From the human T2T-CHM13v2.0 reference genome, Homo sapiens, in the NCBI RefSeq assembly GCF_009914755.1, contig NC_060938.1: 64,000 nt of DNA, one strand, 5' to 3'. Below the pieces are notes generated by a model. The model worked only from the letters and a program-made list of their open reading frames with translations. It did no database searches and had not been told where the DNA came from. Positions 55,998 through 64,000 of this stretch are shown in pieces. The translations under genes were made by a program, and so were the position numbers. How positions within the stretch are numbered: the stretch's first letter is position 1; every line of letters starts with the position of its first letter.

Positions 55998-56270
55998 AAT
56001 TTAACAATAATTTGTTGAGGTCCCACCATGAGCCAGACCTGGTTCTTGGTGCTTGGGATAGCAGGGAAACACATGAAGGCAAAGATGCTTGCAACGGTGG
56101 AACCTACGTTGTAACTGGGGAGTCAGACTAAACAGCAAGCCACAGCACAACATGTCAGAAGACAGTGTGCTATGGAAAAAATAAAAGTAAAGCTGGGTCA
56201 GGCAGAAATGGGGAGCAGTTTCAGTTTTCATATTAAATACCCTGATCAGGAATGTGAGATCTAGCCCCAG
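55998..56270 (-). mobile_element. L2 3' end
   Basis: 'tttaacaataatttgttgaggtcccaccatgagccag...gtgcttgggatagcagggaa'. Confidence 0.7.
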
Positions 56271-56317
56271 ATATGTCTTGCGCATCTTTTCCTTCTAGGC
56301 TTCATATTTCATGAACC

Positions 56318-56508
56318 AAAATTTCCCAAACTTGATGGATCTTAGGAATCACTAAGGAGGAATGCGGTTTTTTAACTTTATAGAATCCCAGGCTCACCTA
56401 GGGATTCAGACTACCAGATTCTTCTGGACCTGGAGCCTCAGAATCTGCATTGTTTAACAAACCAGCCCAAAGTATTACAGATGTACAGCTTTATTTAAGA
56501 AGCCCTGG
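56318..56508. mobile_element. MER5-family MITE
   Basis: 'tttcccaaactt...gaatcact', 'cagaatctgcattgtttaacaa'. Confidence 0.65.
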
Positions 56509-56847
56509 ACTAAAAGGCCAAGCGTACTCTAGGGGCTCTAGAGTGAATCCTCTCTGTTCATCATCTCTGTGACCTTGGGAATATTATTGAACAAAGAGGT
56601 ATTCTTTAACTTCTGTGGTTGTTAATGTGGGTTAACTAATACAACAAAAGTTGGCAAAACACCTAGCCCAGGTCTTGGCACAACATTGGGGCCATGTTTT
56701 GTTTTGTTTTTTTTTTTTCCTATTCCTCCTCATGGCACTAACATCAAATCATACTTCGTTGAAATTATGAACACAGGAGAAAGCCATTTGAATAGAAGCA
56801 GCAAGCTCTATAAAGGCTGAGAAAAGAGGAGAATAAAAAATTCGTAA

Positions 56848-57142
56848 GCTCAGGCATACTGAGTTATGCCTGTAATCCTAGCACTTTGGGAGGGAAGAGG
56901 GAGGATCTCTTGACCTCAGGAGTTCAAGACCAGCCTGAGAAACATAGCAAAACCCATCTCTACAAAAAATTAGCCAGGCATGGTGGCACATGCCTGTAGT
57001 CCCAGCTACTCATGGGGGTTGAGTTGGGAGGATCACTTAAGCCCAGGAGGCCAAGGCTGCAGTGAGCCCTGATAGTACGACTGCACTCCAGCCTGGGTGA
57101 CAGAGCAAGACCCTGCCTCAAAAACAAAAGCAAAAACAAAAA
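56848..57142 (+). mobile_element. AluJ
   Basis: 'ggaggatcacttaagcccaggagg' J-type; (AAAAC) tail. Decayed TSD aaaattcgtaa / agaatttgtaa. Confidence 0.93.
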
Positions 57143-57619
57143 GAATTTGTAAAGTGGTTACTCTGCCAAGAGAGAAAAATAACTCTAAGCCGTAATTTAG
57201 GCAGAGCCCATTTTACCAATGGGGTTGTGAAAATATGCATTCAAGTAGCTGAGATGATGAAGAAAGGATGGATCTTAATATTCTCCATAATTAATGCTCT
57301 CTATATTGGATGGGGTCTGATTTCCTCCAGGTTAGGGGTGACGGGAGACAGTGATCACTGAGTCTAGCTGGCTCAATGTCAGTAAGAACTGCTGCTATCT
57401 CTCTTGTTTGCACAAAAACCTGACATTCTGCCTTTGCCATAGAATTGTCTGCCATAGAATGAAATACAGCAGAAACCTGTATTTCATTCATCACCTCAGC
57501 TCTTACAAAGCTGAAATTGTATTTAAAAATTAAAAATGAAACAGAAATACAAGTGCCAAAGAGTGCACAGCACAAAAATATTCATCCATGCAAGGGAGGA
57601 ATTATCTCTTTCACTTTTA

Positions 57620-57862
57620 CCTCCCAAGCAGGCTCCTCCCGCTCCCCGCATCACTCCTTATCCTTTTACCCTGCTCTGTGCTTTATAGGACTTATTCCCA
57701 CCTGATATATCATCTATTTCATTTGGGGTTTTGTTTGCTTGTTTGTTTTGCTATATACCATTACTTTCTCCCTCTTTTCAATACAGTGTCTTTGCTCACT
57801 GCCCCATCCCCTAACCTACCATGTTACAGGTGCTCAAAAAATATTTTTTTGAATAAATGAAT
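57620..57862 (+). mobile_element. L2 3' end
   Basis: 'tttgctcactgc...aggtgctcaaaaatatttttttgaataaatgaat'. Confidence 0.75.
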
Positions 57863-59249
57863 CTCAACTCACTCCAGTTTTCCTACTGGTGGCATGTCAC
57901 CGATCTAGTTATTCTGTCTTATAAGTTCATCTAGGCCACTAAGCTGGCATGATCATAGTATTAAAGGCAATTCAAAAAAGAGAGAGAGAAAAAAATACAG
58001 GGAGAAAGAGGAAAGTAATAGGAAATTGAGTATAAAGGCATTCAATCCAGCATTATCAGCTTTATAAATTATATGTCAATGTCTGTAGACTCCACGTATC
58101 TTATAGCTTAAATTTTAATTTGGGGTGTTTTTTTGTGGAATCCACCACGGTAAGGGCAGAGCAAGATTTTAATGGCCAAAGGCTATTTGCATATTTGCTT
58201 GCAAAATTGCCAATTTCAAATATATTACAGAGAATTTGGACAAGACTGAAATATATTTGCAATGAGTCAAATATAGAGTTTATTTTTAAAAACATACTTT
58301 GATTAATTTCAGGTACCTAATTATCTCCTCAATTTAACAACTACTTCTGTTTAAATGACAGCTTTTAAAATATTTGACTCTAATAAACCTCCCCTGAAAA
58401 CTTGTTATGCTATTAATTTGATAATACTTTTTGTAAATGGAATGTTCATTTGGTAAAGACAACTCAGTGTGTGTCTAAAAAAGTCAATCCTTGCAAGAAT
58501 ATGATACAAAATAGTATTTTACTATCTCACTACTAAAATGACTGTACTGAGTGTCCATCCCCTCTGCTCTGATGGTGTAGGGTGATGTTTCTTTGAGGCT
58601 GGGGATTGGATGACCATCCCAGCTGAAGCCTATCCAAAGCCCCCAAGTCTCTAAGGACTCCTATTGTAGAAGTGATTCTCACTGCAGTCCAGTCTCATAC
58701 CCAAAGACAAGTTGAGAAACTCAGACTTCTACCCTTTTCCACGTGTTCTTGACAATAATGAAAAAGATGTTTGTAGTATCTAGATATGTCTTCCTTTCAT
58801 AAAATCATCATTTGATGGTCAGCAACTAGAGAAGACTACAGAGAAACTGTGACTAAGAACAAATGGACTTCTCCTTTCCCATGAGATGTGGTATGTTGAG
58901 TGGCCACTTGGGAGTCAGGTTTAGATTCTGAGCTTAGTTCTGCCAATGACTGTTGTGTTCAAGTCCTTGTAGCTACATCTGTAGAATGAGAATATGGGAC
59001 TAGCATTAATATTTTATCAGTTTATGAAGGTAAAAAAAAAATCATGGTGGACCATCTCTTAGACTTGTAAATTCAAGCCAGCAAGCATTTATGCATTGGA
59101 CATTCTGTGCCAGGCCAGTTTATAGTCCCTCTGCTAAGTGGAATTAAAATATACAATACACATATGTGTATGCCCATGTGCACACACACTCACACACAAG
59201 ACAGTGGCTGCCTGCAGGAGGATTGCAATCTTCAGGATGCTGTCAATTG

Positions 59250-59810
<561 letters not shown>

Positions 59811-60289
59811 TGTGATGACTGTAATGATGACAATGATGGCAATGGAGATAGAAGGTTCTAGATTGAATCTTCCCATAAATGAGTTTGCCAGGACAATAGG
59901 AAATTGCAGCTCAGAAGCTGTAACTCAGGGACCTGAAGGCTATGAGTCACCACTTTGCTTCGTGCCTGTCAGTTCATTTTTGAGAATCCACAGAAATAGA
60001 AATGTTCTATCAGACCAACTTGGATTGCCATCTGGCCCACACATTTTCCTGGCACGGCCCGAAGGCCAGCACTGCTCTTCTCCCCTCCAAGCAAAACCCC
60101 AAGTTTAGCAGAACAAAATCTGCTGCTGAAATGCATCAAGCACGGCATCGGTTCATTATCACAATTAGCATATTAGTAGTAGTTATAAGGCAATTAATGT
60201 TAATAATAATTGAATCTGTGTTAAGGTCATTAATATAACTACTAGTTATTATAAATGGCTAGTATCCTATTTAATAAAAACAGAAACAG

Positions 60290-60690
60290 TAATAGGGAGT
60301 GCTTCATACTTTTCAAATGGCTTTCACATTTCTTCAGCTCACTGAGACTTCTTTGGAGATATTATTATCCTTAGTTTCTCTTTGGGGAAATTGAGGTTTG
60401 AAAAGTTAAGAGACTTATCCCAGATAATAAACTAACATGCAGAAAATTTGGAATTAGGAATTCCACCTTTCGACCACTGGGGTAGCAAGCCCTGGAGTTT
60501 GAGTAGAGAGAGGAGAGACATGTTCATCAAGTAAAGCACTATTTGGCACAACCACTGAGTATCACAGGATGCCAGGACCGGAAGAACTTTGGTGTCCATC
60601 AGATTCAATGCTTTTATTATACAAGTGAGGAAACTGAGGCCCAGAAAGATGAATTATTCCCCTCCAGTGAATAGCGTTGTGATACAAATT
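60290..60690 (-). mobile_element. Two MIR fragments
   Basis: 'ggggaaattgaggtttgaaaagttaagagactt' and 'gaggaaactgaggcccagaaag'. Confidence 0.65.
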
Positions 60691-62098
60691 TCAAATTAAT
60701 TTTTATGTCAGAGTCCCTTTATGTAGTCTCACTCTTGAGCCCCCGAAGTGACCTATTTAAAAATTTTCCTGTGAGCTGAAAACCAGATAATCAAGTTTGG
60801 TAAAAGTGTGTATTAACTTATCGATTTAGCTCTAAAACATACCTAGTTGTATTTCCCAACATGTGTCTCTTTTAATTCTGTGGCATAGTATTAGTTATTT
60901 TGTTAGGATTCCTTGGATAATTACATGTGAAATATACTGGGTTAAAATGTGACTTACACAGTCTCTGTTTTTGTTTTTATTACTGACCTTTTTATTTTTT
61001 TCCTGTGTTTCCATCCATGTTTGACCATAACATTATTTGCTCTCAGAAAACTCCTTGAGACTCATGTTTAATAGATCACAAAATTTGGGGAACTTGAGGG
61101 CAGTGGGATCTCTTGCAGGGCTTTCATGCATTTATTTGTAGCAGGTATTTCTGATATCTGAAAGTCTGCTGGGTTTGCTTCTGAGTGTGTGACCAATTTA
61201 TGTCAGATTAAGGTCTGAAAATATCAACTGCAGATATGAGGGGAATCATAGCAATCTTGTTTTATTTTAACTCACAAGGACATTAGCAGCCACCGAATCC
61301 ACGCTATGGGAGATGATTCCAAACTTCTTTTTCAGCCCTAAACCCCTAATGAGTGGCAGTCGTCCTCAATCACTGTTTACTAAGTGCCTACAATGTGCCA
61401 CTTTTCCACCATTTCTGGCTATTTTTGGCTCCTTCTGGATCTGGGTGTCCTGCGGTGAGACACCTGAGGAGGAGGCATGCACAGAAGGGAGAGTATTTAT
61501 AGGTTTGGGGCTTTGAAATTAGGTAGTTGTACTGGAGCAAATAATTTCTAACAATATCATAATCTCTGAAGGTGGCCAGATAAATAAAGCTGTGAGTGAA
61601 AGCAGTCATTTCTTCTACGTCTCCCGGATTGTGTAGCTACTGGAAAAAAAAAATTCTTATTGAAGAAAATTAAGAATAATTAGAGAAGAAATGAGAAAAG
61701 TCAAAAGGATTTGGCCAAAAGCTTGGTAACATTTGCAATTTTCCTCCGAGAGACGTTCGTTTTACTAGTAACCCTTAAAATGCACAGGCTTTGAGATGGA
61801 GGAGTTAGTTCTTACTGATCTAAAGTTTGGCTTCAGCTGTGTCAGTCTCAAAAATCTGTTTGTTTGTTTTATAAGTTTTTAGGAAAAAAATATTGACTTT
61901 GAAAATTGCATGAGAATAAAAAGTCCAGTGAACAATAACTTTCTTTCTCAAAGACCTATACATATGGATTTTTTAATTTTGCATTCAGGACCACATTTTC
62001 AGCCGCTTTTCCTCCCCCAGCCTCCTCTTTAAATATGTAAAACTCTGCATGCCTCTAATTGTTCCTTCAGTTGTCCACTTGCACCTTCAAATTATGGG

Positions 62099-62174
62099 AC
62101 AAGTGGCCAATTGGGCCTGCAATTGGCTAATTGCACCGACAATTAGCCAATTGTGGGTATAATTAGCTGCATGT
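62099..62174 (+). other. Long imperfect palindrome / hairpin (ancient palindromic repeat or structured RNA)
   Basis: caattggctaattg (62120-62133) + loop caccga + caattagccaattg (62140-62153) is a perfect inverted repeat. Pairing extends to 62099/62174. Confidence 0.85.
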
Positions 62175-62799
62175 AGAATTAATCATATGCATAAAGTGGG
62201 CGTCCACTCTTTGAAATCATAGAACTAAATGTGTTCTAGATGCACATCTGTACTCGGGCACAAAAGGGACACAGGCGAGAATCCTGGATGAATCACTGTT
62301 AAGAGAATCATTAAAACAAATCTGGTGCTTGGTTAAAAACGCCACATGATTCAATTCTGAATATTAGGTCTACTTGCTTTCTTTATAAGGAGCTTGGTAT
62401 GGACAAGGCAAAGAAGATAAAATTCTTTCATCAGAAGCCTTCTGCAAGAAAATGTCGTGGCGGCTGTCACCATCCAATTGCATTTTTTAAAAAATTAAAT
62501 GGTTGGATTTATGATACAGTTGGCCAGTTGTAGCAGGTGGACTCTGTCACTCGAGTCTCCATAAGGAATTACATTCAGTTTGGTCCAAATACTTGCCACA
62601 GTGAGACATGTTCCATCTCAGTCACATTTAGCACTCATGTTTCTTAGTCTGGTTTGTGCCTATTCTTGGGGAGACCAGGGGAACCACAGGCAAAAGTGGT
62701 ATCCCAGGATAAACACATTGAACGTTTTCAAAGCAGTAATTTTATGTGATGGCAAGCAAGATAAAATAATTTTAAGTTTCAAAGTAAACAACAGAAAAT

Positions 62800-62990
62800 T
62801 TTGAAAGCAGTTAAAGTTGTAGTGGTTAAAATCTCTCCTTAGATTCATTATTTATTAACTCTGGGACTTTGAGCAATAATTTATTTAACTTTCCTATAAT
62901 CTAATTTCTTCATCTATAAAAAATTAATATAAACGAGTGATAACTACCTCATAGGGTTTTTTTTAGAATTAAATAAGGTTATTTAAAATT
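62800..62990 (+). mobile_element. MIR
   Basis: 'gtagtggttaaaa...ctttgagcaa..tttcttcatctataaaa..ctacctcatagggtt'. Confidence 0.75.
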
Positions 62991-63558
62991 ATATAACAAA
63001 GGTGAGAGCATGGAGGGAAGTAGACAGAAAGAGAAAAAGAGAGAGACATGAAAATCCAAGACTCAATAAATCAAGACATTAATTTATTAAAAGCGCTGTG
63101 ATTTCCTGCTATAAATAATTATTTGTTTATCTCAGAATTTTGCCAAACAAAAATGATCAAATATCAGTCTTTTTTTGGTAATAATATTACTAGCCACTAA
63201 AAAATACCAGTCTAAATCAAAAATGGTCAGTGGATGCCCATTGACCACAGAGCAAATTTCAGATACTTAAGCTGATTTCACTCTTCATCATGGGCCATAT
63301 ACTTCCCTTCTACTCTAATCTTTTATTTATGGAGGAGCCTTTCAGAAATGTACCCATACTCCAGGCAAGCTTGTTTACTGAACCTGCCCACCATGCTACC
63401 CACCCTTATGTTTAAAGTGATCATCATTGACATGAGACAAAGGCTATGAGAAATGCATGGGGCTATATCCAGAGTTAGAGGTTTTGAAGGAGAGAACTGC
63501 AAATAAGAAAACATTGGCCGATAATAGAGACATGTTTCTTTATTACCTAGATAGAGTC

Positions 63559-63836
63559 TTTTTTTTTTTTTTACATGAAGTCTTGCTGTGTCACCCAGGC
63601 TGGTGTGCGGTGGTGCGATCTTGGCCCACTGCAACCTTCACCTCCTGGACTCAAGTGATCCTGAGTAGCTGGGACTACAGGCGTTCGCCACCATGCCTGG
63701 CTAATTTTTGTATATTTAGTAGAAATGGGTTTCACCATGTTGGCCAGGCTGGTTTAGAACTTCTGACTTCAAGTCATCTGCCCACCTCAGCTTCCCAAAG
63801 TGCTGGGATTACAGGCATGAGTCACCGTGCCCAGCC
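63559..63836 (-). mobile_element. AluS with a small internal deletion
   Basis: Antisense dimer; 'tcaagtgatcctgagtagct' lacks the 'ctgcctcagcc' segment. Confidence 0.93.
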
Positions 63837-64000
63837 CATTTTTTTCCTAAGTTCTAACTTTTGGCTGGGTTTTGAACACGTATCAGTATTTAATGCATAC
63901 AAAATACACACACGCCATATGTATTTCAAGAAAGGAAGAGAGGTAGGATAAGAAGTACTTGTTTTTACATCAGGTACTTTTACAGGTGTTGTTTCATTTG

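Noticed and set aside
63457-63951. 164-aa ORF
   Set aside because: Antisense Alu read-through ([13 protein letters not shown]).

Overview
Primate (human-like) non-coding genomic DNA. It contains Alu (J/S/Y), L1PA/PB/MA/ME, L2, MIR, MaLR/ERVL LTRs (THE1, MLT1, MLT2, MER21, LTR16) and DNA-transposon MITEs (MER33, MER1B, MER5, MER58, Tigger4). No cellular protein-coding gene, tRNA, rRNA or CRISPR array is supported; the ORF track is repeat-derived (L1 ORF1/ORF2 fragments, Alu antisense ORFs, microsatellite ORFs) or chance. Several TE-poor, TAAT/TGAC-rich blocks (about 23.4-24.3, 49.5-53.8, 58.0-58.5 and 61.9-62.4 kb) look like cis-regulatory DNA of a gene desert or large intron. The most striking unexplained object is a pre-miRNA-sized palindrome at 62099-62174. 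It has a perfect 14-bp core, a 31-position stem and six G.U pairs on the + strand. Other notable items are a near-consensus CTCF site (53600), an inverted pair of TACGTG elements (53329-53350) and a twin-primed, 5'-inverted L1 (3862-5963). Repeat subfamily names come from recalled consensus sequences, and boundaries of old elements are approximate. I could not identify the genomic locus.
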